Below are positions 1-10,740 of a DNA stretch of 64,000 bases, piece by piece; position 1 is the first letter of the stretch; every line of letters begins with the position of its first letter. The stretch comes from Yuukianura sp. NJ FZ-2021. Its lineage: Eukaryota. The stretch is taken from the NCBI GenBank assembly GCA_046563655.1, contig CM102287.1, positions 5,394,001 to 5,458,000 of the forward strand, written 5' to 3'. Position numbers and translations under genes: made by a program. The notes under the pieces are model-generated. The model worked only from the letters and a program-made list of their open reading frames with translations, was not told the DNA's origin and searched no databases.

Positions 1-79
1 AGGAATTTGCAAATTGTGAGCCATTGCAAATCCTAGCAATTCTAGACATTAATTAAGATCTTCTTAGATCACTCATTAC

Positions 80-588
80 CACAATGTCTGTAACATTTCC
101 CAAAACCGGGAACTTCTGCACGGACTCGAGTTCGGGCATTGGTTCCTCTTCATTTGTCCTTGACGAGTCATTAACAGTCAACTTCCAAATGGAGGCTTCA
201 TTTTCCTGCCATCGGATTTAAGAATGCCATAATTTTCAGAAAGTAGAATTTATATTTTAAGTGGGCATTGGCAATGCACTGACAATGAACTTACCAGTTC
301 TCCCCATGATCCAACGACGAAATATTCAGGCATTGAGGCGTCAGGAACGATTCCAATGTGACCTAGCTTGAGCCATCTGACCTTGTTGACTTTCTTACCA
401 GCTTGAGTAGAAAATCGGAACTTTGAGGATGGTTTCGAGCGCTTTCGGGAATGAGCCGTGACGGAGGGTTCGGATCCAGGCGGCGTTAAATCCACTCGGT
501 TTCCAGTTAAACTCAATCTAGATTTATTAGTTGAGGTCATTGAATTGCGTGACTTCGGAAGTCCACTTAAGACTGCTGGAAACGACAT
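80..588 (-). CDS. Nup43-like WD40 nucleoporin, 5' exons only (588-295, 205-80); gene continues off the left edge
   Basis: Spliced translation ...KKVNKVRWLK...EYFVVGSWGEL|ENEASIWKL...QKFPVLGNVTDIV resembles the recalled Nup43 N-terminus (KISKTRW...FATGSWDNEENYISLW...HGDVMDL). GTAAG donor at 294, CAG acceptor at 206, GTAAT donor at 79. Confidence 0.55.
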
Positions 589-1251
589 CTTGTCACGTCC
601 AGATCCGACCGATTTCAAGTTTACTTTTCTTGGATTCCCGCAGCACCACCAGTACCAGTTATAGAATACAGGAGAGGTTTACTAGAACAGTAAGAAAAGA
701 AATTAAGAAAAAAGACAAGGCGGTGAGGGCGAAGGCCACGGAAATCGTTTTTATTATCTTACGAAATAGCGAATTTCAATTTAGAATTAAAAAATTAGTC
801 CGTTTACCCGTACCTGCGAATCTACCGATGAAAAACCCAACTGTTATCGACGATGATTATGTAAGTGGTTCAATCACTACTCAAAAAAACGCTAAACAAC
901 GCCAAATTAATTAACGTTTTACTTTTAAATTTTAATTGAGTTCATTTAATTTTTCAATTCAGTTTGTTTTTCTTCTTTTTGCCGACAGAGAAATTTCCCG
1001 CCAAAACCGATTTGAAACCGGCGTCTCTTCCCTGCTTATGAAAACGGAAATATTTTTGTGCAAAATCATCGAAAATGTCAGGTTTACTTTTCGAAAACTG
1101 CAAAAATTTCAATCACTAATCTGATTAATTTCTTCCAGAAAAACCGGTAGTCATTTTCAATTTTTACAGGATCTTGCCAAAACTAACACTATCCATTGGA
1201 CTCAATTGTTGAAAAAATGCTGGAAAGTTTCCTTTAACCTTCGCATCAATT

Positions 1252-1860
1252 TGATAAACTAGTTTTTTTATGGTTTCCAATTTCAACTCTTCAAAACCAG
1301 AATTTCGAATCTTGCCAAAACTAGAAACTTTGATTCCGTGACTTGACTTTGGAAATTTTCCTCAAGTATTTTTTTGAATTCGAACTTGATAAGGGGAACA
1401 AGAGGCATAAAAATTGAGTTTTGACAAATCCCGGTCTGATAAATGTTTCTTTCTAGAACTTTTGTCCAGAACTTGACTCTTCGAGGAGGTCAAAATCTTC
1501 TCCAAGGTTGTTGTTGGGATGATTCTGGGTTAACAACAGATCGGGAAGTGCGGGGTCACGACATTGAGTGGTTGATGCTAAGAGGCTTTTTGGCAAAAGT
1601 ATAATTGCACAAGGTGTTATCTACCAGAACAAAGATACTTGGATCCTCTTCCTCTGCATCTGTCTATGTCTCCTTGTGTTAAATTTAAACAATTTTATGA
1701 CCTCTGAACTGAATCTGGAGACGATTAAAGTGGTGGCCACCCGATGGGAACCTGATGGATTAGTCTTCAGCCCTAGAAACAGCACTGAGCTTTGGTCACT
1801 CCAGACAGATGGATTTTGGTATAAAAAGGAGCCCAATTGACAGACCAAAGCACAGTCCGA
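1252..1860 (+). promoter_or_regulatory. Vitellogenin promoter: GATA-site cluster, TATA box and Inr-like motif
   Basis: TGATAA at 1252, 1387 and 1437, TTATCT at 1617, TATAAAA at 1820-1826, and CAGT about 30 nt downstream. GATA elements are established features of fat-body Vg promoters. Confidence 0.6.
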
Positions 1861-1986
1861 TTTCAGACAGATCTTGAAAAAGATTTTCTGAAATTAGATT
1901 TCCTTTCAGACTTTTTGGGTGTCCAGAAAGTTTTTTCTTGAAAAAAATCTTCTGAACTTGTCCGTTCTTCCTAAACTGTGATCAAC

Positions 1987-4900
1987 ATGAAGGCATTCTA
2001 CTGCCTTTTGGCCCTGAGCCTCATTGGTAAATTTCAAAATTTCAAAATTTTCAAAAAAAAAAGAAGTCAAAATTCAAAATTTGAAAACGTTTGAAAGAAG
2101 GTAGAAAAATTTTGCCGAAATTTTTAACGGTTTTTTGAAAAAAATTTTAGGCTGGGCTTCTTCTGATCATGCTTTCAAAACCGGAAAGTCTTACCGCTAC
2201 CAAGTACGCGGAAGACTGGTAAGTGAAAATACGACACAAATTCAATTAAAGTAACAACTAAAAATGTATCATGACGTTATAAATAATCCTGTTTCATATT
2301 TTTTGATAGATGAATGGCCTTACTGAAATCTCTACCCAATACGCTGGATTGGAAATGGACTACAAGCTGATTCTGACTGTCACCGGCCCAAACACTGTTA
2401 ACTTCAAGGTAAGCTTGTGATTTTGTACAAGCTTTTGAGTTTATAGCTGGTAAGCGATCGCTAGCTGATTTTTCAGCTGGTTAGCGATCGCTAGCTGACT
2501 TTTCAGCTGGTTAGCGATCGCTAGCTGACTTTTCAGCTGGTTAGCGATCGCTAGCTGACTTTTCAGCTGGTTAGCGAACGCTAGCTGACTTTTCAGCTGG
2601 TTAGCGATCGCTAGTTGACCAGTCAGCTGGACGCCGACTTCTAAGCATAACAGAGTTGATTCGGTTGACCATAACTAATTTCTATGTTTGTGATTTCCAG
2701 CCTGTCGACATGAAATTCTTCGAGGTCAACGATGTGATCAAGGGTGGCTGGAGAGATGGTGAATTCCGTCAACCAACCCCAGTTGAGCTGACCCAGGAAA
2801 TCCGCATGTGGCTCGAATCTCCAATGGATGTTGTCTTCAACAAGGGAATTGTTGAGTCCATCAAAGTCCAAGGTGACCTCCCCAACTGGTGCATCAACAT
2901 GAAGAAGGTCATGGCCTCCCACTTTGTCCTTGACACCACCGGAGTCAACCTCGTCTTGGAAGTAAGTTCAAATTTCCGATTTCTCGAATTTTGAAAAATT
3001 GAATGAATTTTAGAAAATTGAATGAATTTTCTAACAACTCTTGTTTTTTTTTTCTAGGGAAACCTCAACCGCGAAACCGGACACACCCTTCCAGAAGAGA
3101 AGAACATGGAATCTGGATTCCACTACCAAACTTTGGAGAAGACAATCCACGGAGAGTGTGACACCTACTACACCGTGTCTCAAAATGGTGCATTTTCCGA
3201 ACCTATGCCGTTTCACCAACAACACCAACCAGGAGTCCAAGTCCATGAAGACCTTGTCAACTACGAAACTCTCAAGAACGAGGTACACTGAACTCCCTAT
3301 GCTAAAATTATTTCAAAATTCGACCACTTTTCAAAAAATCTCACTTTGATCCGATTTTTTAGGAAATCGTTGGAGAGTTCCCGTGGCACCAGACCTTCCA
3401 CACCTTCTGCCAAGAGAAAGACCAAGTCTACGAAATCATCAAATCCGTAAACTTCACCTCCTGCAGAAACAAGCCCGTTCTGTCCTTCATGGCTCCATCC
3501 ATGTCCTGGAACGCCCACTCCGGTGACAACCACTTCGGTGGCTCAATGGGACTCCGCACCGTCGTCAGCCGATTCTTGGCCTGTGGACTCAACCGTCAAC
3601 AATTCACCATCCTCAAGATCCGTCAAGAAGAGCAAGTCAAGGTCGGTCTCCATGCCACCAAGAAGATCATGTCTGGAACCATCAAGAACTTGACACTCAT
3701 CGAGGTCACTGATGCCGTCGCTCCAGTCCAGGTCACCAACCCCAAGGTCATCAACACCCTTGTCTACCGATTTGCTGAACAACACCGTGAGAAGACCATG
3801 GAAGAGATGTTGGAGATGCCACAAATGGATGCCGCTTTCATGTAAGCTTACCGCAAACCACTTTTTTAAAAAACTTTGAATTCTTTTTTCAAAAATTTTC
3901 AATTTTGATTTCTTTTTCAGGACCAACTTCGAAGACTACGAAGACATCAAGAAGCCAATCATGACCGACGACGAGCCAACTGTTTACCACAAGCCAACCA
4001 TGACCGAGGCTCCAGTCAACCCAATGCTCATCACCCCACTCAAGGTCGAGGGACTGAAGAAGCGCGTTGTAGCCTTGGTTCGAGAAATCGTCCAAGACAT
4101 GTTGAACAAGAACCACGATGTTGAAACCATCGCTGAGAAGGAAACGCTCTCCAAGATCTCCATTGTTGCCAAGATCATGCGATACTGGAACTACGATGAT
4201 GTCCAGGAAGTCTACCGTCTCATTGCCACCAGACAGTAAGCTTAGCGTCAAAAAAAAGTTTGATTTTTTTTGATATTTTGTGACACTAATTTCAAAATTT
4301 TTCTAGACAAACCGAGGAGGACAAGATGATCCGTCAAGTCTTCTTTGACTGCGTTGCCACCGGTGAGTTCTCGTGACAGGAAAAAATCTGTGCTTCCTTT
4401 TTTTTGGATTTTTTTTTTCAAATTTTGGAACAAAATTTTGAAATTTCTATTCTATTACAGCCGGAACCAACCCCAACATCAAATTCTTGTTTGACTTGAT
4501 CCAAAAGCGAGAAATCATCGGAGACGAAGTTTCCCGAATCCTCATGACCCTGCCAATGTACATCCGCACTCCAACTGTTGAACTGTTGAAGGAATACTTC
4601 AACCTCATCCAATCCGAAGTTCTCCGAGGATACAAGCAGGCCAAGACCACCGCCGTCCTCTCCTTCTCCACCGTCTTGTACGAAGCTTGCGTCAACACCA
4701 AGATCCGCAACACACGCTACCCAGTCGCCCTCTACGGCAGATTCTGTGATGCTCAAGTCGTCGAGCAGGAATTCCTTCCATACTTCGTCAAGGAGTTGGA
4801 ACGTATCATCAAGACTGAAGATCAGACTGAAAACACGCACTGGAAATTGGTTTACTTGACTGCTCTTGGCAACATCGGACACCCAGCGATCCTTCCAGTC

Positions 4901-7900
4901 ATCCAGCGATACATGGACAACGTCCAAAACACTGTCGTCAAGACCCGTGTTATTCTGGCTCTCCAACATATGATCATCGCTCGATCTTACGAAGCTAAGG
5001 AAATGAACAACAAGATGGTAGTCGACCGTGAATACAAGTGAGTAGTCAGAAATCCTAAGATTTAGTTTTCAAAAATTTCGGGTTTTTCATTTTCGAAAAA
5101 TTGAAACTCATTTTGTTTGAATTTTTGCAGCGATGTGTTGACCCACAAGATCGTCAAGGGCAAGGTCATGCCAATGCTGTTGGCCGCTGCTTTCGATAAG
5201 GGAGAACACCCCGATGTCCGCATGGCCGCCATTACGCTGATCTTCCACTCCAGCGCCGCTGACAAGACTGTTTACCAACAACTCGCTTACTGTGAGTCCA
5301 AAAGTCAAAATTATTTTAAGTTTCAAAATTTTTCGTTTTTGTTCAACATTTTGAATTTTTTGAATTTTTTGTGTTTCAGTGACATGGTTCCCAGTTTCCC
5401 GCCAAGTGCACTCCTTCATCTACCACTCTCTGAAGAACATGGCTGCCATCGAGTACCCACTCCACCCAGTTCACCACCAAATGCAAACCCTGGCTCGTCA
5501 AGTACTGCCAATCTGCAAGCCAGTTGCCTGGGGATACCAGCACTCCCGCAGCATCTTCAATGGAAACTACATGACCGAATTCCTCTCAGGATACTTCTCA
5601 CACTTTGAGTACTTCGGATCCAAGGACTCCTTCATCCCCAACATGGTCTACTACCGAAACTTCTACCAATTCGGTACGTTGAGGCTCATTTCGAAACCAT
5701 TTTTCATAAAAAGAAACATTTTTCGAAAATTTTCAAAATTTCGTGTCTTCTAGGAGGTGAACACGGACTCGGATCAAACCCAATTGAATTCACGCTCTAC
5801 GGAAACACCCTCCAGAAATTGTTCAACCACCTCGCTGAGCAATTCGTCCAGCCATCCATGGCCGACCGTGAAGTAAGTCAAAATGAAATTTCGAACTTGA
5901 AATTTCGAATTTGAAACTTCAAAATTTGGATTTTTCTAACTTTTTTTTGTTCATAGGCCCATGAGGATTTGACCAAGATCCATGAGCTCTTGAACATCAA
6001 GGACAGGAAACAGCAAGAGAAGGTTGAGGGATACTTCTACTTGAAGATCCGCAACGAAATGGAGCGATTCATCACCGTCAACAAGGAGATGATTGAACAA
6101 TATACAAAGGAAATCATGGGTGATCTTCTGCCTAAACTCCACCAAGGACTCCCAATCAACTTCCAGAAGACGCTTCGTCTGGCTGAATACGCCCAGGAGA
6201 TGCCAACCCTCTTTGGACTTCCGTTGAACTTCAAGCACCGAATGCCAGTCCACTTCAGCGTCCGCGGAAACTTGAAATTGGCCACGGAACAGAACATGAA
6301 CGACTTCCAAATCCAAGCTGAACTTCACCCGGTCTACGCCTGGAAGACGCATGACAAACTCAGCATCAAGGTTCCATTCTTGAACAAGAAGTACGAAACT
6401 GGACTCCAGGTAAAGCGAATAACATTTTGAAATCCAAAATAACCATTTTTTAGAATCATGTTTTCAAAATTTTCAAAATGTTTTTTGAAAATTCCAGAAC
6501 CACATGGTCGCCCAATTTCCATTCCGCGCTCTCATCCGCAAGGCTCCACGAAACCAAATCACGATCGCCATTACGCCAACTCACATCCACGAGCAAATGC
6601 CAAACTCTGAGCTCAACCTCATCACCTTCCACCGTGTTCCATACACCGCCGTTGTCGTCGACGAGTGCTGGCCAATCACCCACACCGAAGCTGGACGCAT
6701 GAAGGTTGTCCGTGTTTTGGAAACGCCATACAAGAACGAGCTCCGATTTGGACAACAAAACTTTGGTTTGAACTTCCACGTTCAAGAAGAGTCTGACTAC
6801 CCAGTTGAAGTTGAAGGACGTGCCCAATGGATGCACTTCTGGACCAAGTTCTACTACTCTCCAATGGACTACTTCAACCTTGGATGGTTGGGAGCCCCAT
6901 CAACCCGGTATGTCAAGCGTGTCTTCAAGTTGGACATGGCCCAATCACAGACCAAGACTTTCGCTGTTGTCCTTGGAGGAAACTGGAACATGTGGTGGAA
7001 CAAGAAGAACGTCAACACCGTCAACATCGTTGAGAACGTTGAGGAGCACCAGGACGGACAAGGAGTCGGTAAGATTTTAAAAAATCCGAAATTTTCTGAA
7101 AAAGTCAAACTTATTTCCCATTTTAGCCGAAAATTTTTATGACTTTTTTCATTTTTGCAGAGAAACACATCTTTGCCGTCGCTTTCATTGGAAAGAAGAC
7201 TCCAATCCGCCCATTGACCACCGTCACTGGAATCCAGAAGATCCTTGTCAAGGGAATGCCATCCACCTTCCACTACTTGATGCACTTCAACTGGAACAAG
7301 GGAATGCACGGAAAGCTCAACCTCCGATTCGCCGCTGGTGAAGCCTGCAAAGAAGTCGTTGCCAAGTTCCCAACTGACATTCTCCCACTCGCTGCCATCC
7401 GTGAGTACATGATCGAATCTCCAGTCGAACTTCAACAGTTCCACCAATGCTTCGAACTTTTGAGCCGCTGGGAACTTCCAACCTACGCCAACCCCCGTGA
7501 CCTCGTTGTCCTTCGCAAGCGACTCCTCGCCCAAGAACTCGTTTTGAACAGGAACACCGAATTCCACTTTGGCCAAACCTGCCAACAAATGAACCACCAA
7601 ATCAAGATCAAGGAAGTGCTCAAGCGTGACGAGAAGATGACACAGTGGGCCCTTACCAAGTCCCCCGAGGCCAAGAAGTGCATTGAAGATGAGCGCAAGG
7701 GATTCGAGATCTCACCAGTCTGTCTCTGGGTTAGCCAACACCAAGCTGCTGCTCTCAACTACGCTGACTTAGAACTGGAGTACACCGAGCTCCCAGTTTG
7801 GTTCAAGAACATCACGTACAAATTCGAAGATTTCTTGAAGGCCACTCTCTACACCTACATGCAACACAACCGATACCCAGAAACGCAACTTCTGAGCGGA

Positions 7901-9199
7901 AACAAGTTCAAGGGTCACTTCGAAATGGCACCAAACAAGGAATTCTTCACATTCCACTTCATCAAGCCAACTGGACACATCGAATGGCGCAACGTCCCAA
8001 CCAACTTCTGGACCAAGAAGGTTTTCCCATTCACCGCCACGCAGACTCCACTCGAGAACATCCGTGACCGCACTTTCCGATTCTACTCTGAACGTAAGCT
8101 TAACATTCCCGAATTTCACGGTTTTCAAAATTTCGAAATTTCAAATTTTGGCTTTTTTAGAATCCTGCACCCTTGAGGGCAAATGGGTCTCCACCTTCGA
8201 CAACGTCACGTACAACTTCGGTGAGAAAGTTGCTCCAGGATGTACCCACCTCTTGACCAAGGATTGTACTGGCAAGTACCCAATGGCCGTTCTCGTCAAG
8301 GACATCCACACCCAGAAGAAAACTGTCACCGTTCTTCTCGGCGGAAAGAACAAGATTGTCATTGCTCCAATTGACACGTTCATGGGACTCCGCAGAGGAA
8401 ACTTCAAGGTCCTCCTTAACAACCAACCAATCACAGAGTTCCCCAAGGTCATCCGTCACCCACAGACACAAGAACTGATTGCCCAGATCGAACTCATGTT
8501 GAACGGTGGAGTTCAAGTTCTCACTCACCGCGTTAAAGTCGCAACTGACGGAGCCAAAGTTGTCGTCTACGGACACAACGACTACAAGAACCGAGTTTGC
8601 GGAATCTGTGGAAACGCTGACTACGAGAGGGTAAATTTCTAACTAATTTTCAAAATTTCTGAAACTTTTCAGAATTCTGAAAAAATTCAAAGAATTTGCA
8701 CTTTGCCTAATATTCAATTTTTTTTGATACTCAGAACGCTGAGATGCGCAGCCCAAAGAACTGCCCATTGAGCACCGGAGAGCTCCTCGTCGCTTCCTAC
8801 TCCTTCGACGGACTCAACACCGATGAGGCCCGAGGCCAATGCCAAATCCGCCCAGAGATCAAGGCTCAAATTGAAAAGGAAAACGCCGACTGTGTTCACC
8901 AATCCACCCACAACAACATCTTCAAGATGACCAACATTGAAGAGCCAATCATGACCTTCTCCGAGGAGTACAACAATGACATCGTTGACGACTGCAACGT
9001 CCGTGAAATCATCGTCAAGAAGTTCCCGGGAGTCGGAATCTGCAAGTCCTTGAAGCCAGTTCACCAGTGCTCCACTGGATGCTTCGCCCGCAACACCGTC
9101 GAGAAGGAAATCATGTTCAACTGTGGACAGACCCTGTACTCCAACACTTTCCGCAAGCAGTTGACCATTGAAGTACCAACGGTCTGTGTCCGAGCATAA
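1987..9199 (+). CDS. Vg: Vitellogenin (signal peptide, LPD_N, DUF1943, VWD), about 17 exons, roughly 1860 aa
   Basis: MKAFYCLLALSLIG signal peptide; FKTGKSYRYQVRGRL N-sheet; EKTIHGECDTYY; LTALGNIGHP; TFDNVTY; C-terminal DGAK...RVCGICGNAD (GL/ICG motif). Approximate exons: 1987-2026, 2151-2218, 2310-2408, 2701-2961, 3058-3282, 3363-3842, 3921-4235, 4307-4362, 4461-5037, 5131-5291, 5379-5673, 5754-5872, 5958-6408, 6498-7068, 7161-8093, 8161-8630, 8735-9199. Strong C-ending codon bias. Confidence 0.95.
2445..2630. repeat. 30-bp tandem minisatellite (~6.2 copies) in Vg intron 3
   Basis: Unit AGCTGGTTAGCGATCGCTAGCTGACTTTTC repeated head-to-tail with few substitutions. Confidence 0.97.
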
Positions 9200-10740
9200 A
9201 CCAACCATACTCAACACCATCAGTACAACAATCACTAAACTTTGTTAAGGTTACGACTGATTTAACGGAATGGAATGGAAACTGAATCGAGGAACTACCT
9301 GAATTTGATTGTTACAGCTCTAGTTCCTCTTTTTGGTTAAAAAACAGTTTAGAATTTAAGCTTTAAAAAAACGACAAAAGAATTTGGTCACCAACCAGTT
9401 CTTAATTTGACTGAAATCAAAAACCTCATCACAAAACGCAAAAAAAAAAATAAGAACAGAAATAAAGAACTATTTTCTCTGCTCAAAATTTCTTTGACTC
9501 TTGATTTTTTCTTGTTCATTTTTTCCTGTTTTGAATTAAAACATGAAGTTTTCAAGCTAACCAATACCGAATTCAATTGGAATTATCAACCTAAAAGCTA
9601 AATTTCAAACTAACAAAATTCAATTTCGGACTCCACATGCTTTTAGCCCATCTGAACTGACGTTAAATTCTCATAAAAGTTCTTGACGCTTTCACAAAAG
9701 TTTCTAACTGGAACATAACCATACAGATCTTTATTTCTGTATTTCTGTTTGTCAATTTTTTTTTACTTCTCGTTACGATTTCCATTTTTACCATTCAAAA
9801 CCTATAACTAAAGGAGCTTCCCAATTGAAGCATTATTGTAAACCGACCCCCGAAGGAAATAGTAACGTTATTCGCACCAGCTCTTAAGTACCTTCCGCAT
9901 TCACATCTCTTTACAATCCACAATGGGAACACACTCACAAATTTAGCCAGTGTTATGTTGGTAGATGCCAACTCATTTTCAGCATGCAGCATGGTAGTTA
10001 AATTCAACAGTTAGAGTTTTAGACAAATAAAGTCTCACGATCAGAAAGGTTTTAGTCTCTCTCGCTAATCCTGCACGTTACGTAACTTAATGTTAAGACA
10101 AACATATAACACTACCTTGTGAAATCGCAAATTGCAATTGTCTTTCCTTCAAAAACTTGATTGTTGTAAGAAGTAAATTAATTCAGACACGAGAAGTTTT
10201 TCATCAAAAACTGGTTGTTTAGTTTCTAGTTTTAAACAAGTTTTTCTTCAAACATTTTAAAAGTGACTCCTCGTTAAGACTTTGACTTTGCAAAAGATTT
10301 TTAAGCATGAAGAAAAACAAGTAAGATTTTGAAGCAGCAGCAAGATTAGTGTCACTTTGGTTAGTTTAGAGATTAAATCCCTAACATTAAACAACTGCCT
10401 TGAATTGTTATCACACCGAACCACTTAGTCATTTTAGCCTCATCACTCAACAACATACAGGAGAGACTCTACATAAGAGATCCATAAGGCTAAAAATAGG
10501 TTATCTCATCTCTGTCGCCGCAGATTTAATTGCAATATTGCAAAAATTGAGGACAACTGAAGGACATTTGATGGCAAGAAAGACGCAAGCGGTCCAGAAA
10601 ACATTCCACCGAGGAGTGACAGCGTGGTGACCTCCTGTGCTGCTTTTGTTTGAACAGTTTTTCAAATTTTTGTTTCAAAATTTTGAAAAAAAAAAGTCGT
10701 GACGTCGGCAACTAAAGTGTCTCGAGTGTTAGTTGACGCA

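Noticed and set aside
2445..2630. CRISPR-like palindromic repeat array
   Set aside because: Units are contiguous with no unique spacers, the array lies in a eukaryotic intron, and there are no cas genes.
2995..3030. 19-bp direct duplication in a Vg intron
   Set aside because: Simple local slippage in AT-rich DNA.
2641..9235. Long antisense ORFs over vitellogenin (e.g. 6869-7600, 4418-4969, 8714-9235)
   Set aside because: They are shadows of strong codon bias: few TTA/CTA/TCA codons on the sense strand means few antisense stops. They track the Vg exons.
9795..10007. Minus-strand 70-aa ORF between Vg and TRPA
   Set aside because: No recognisable motif and no consistent multi-exon structure could be built.
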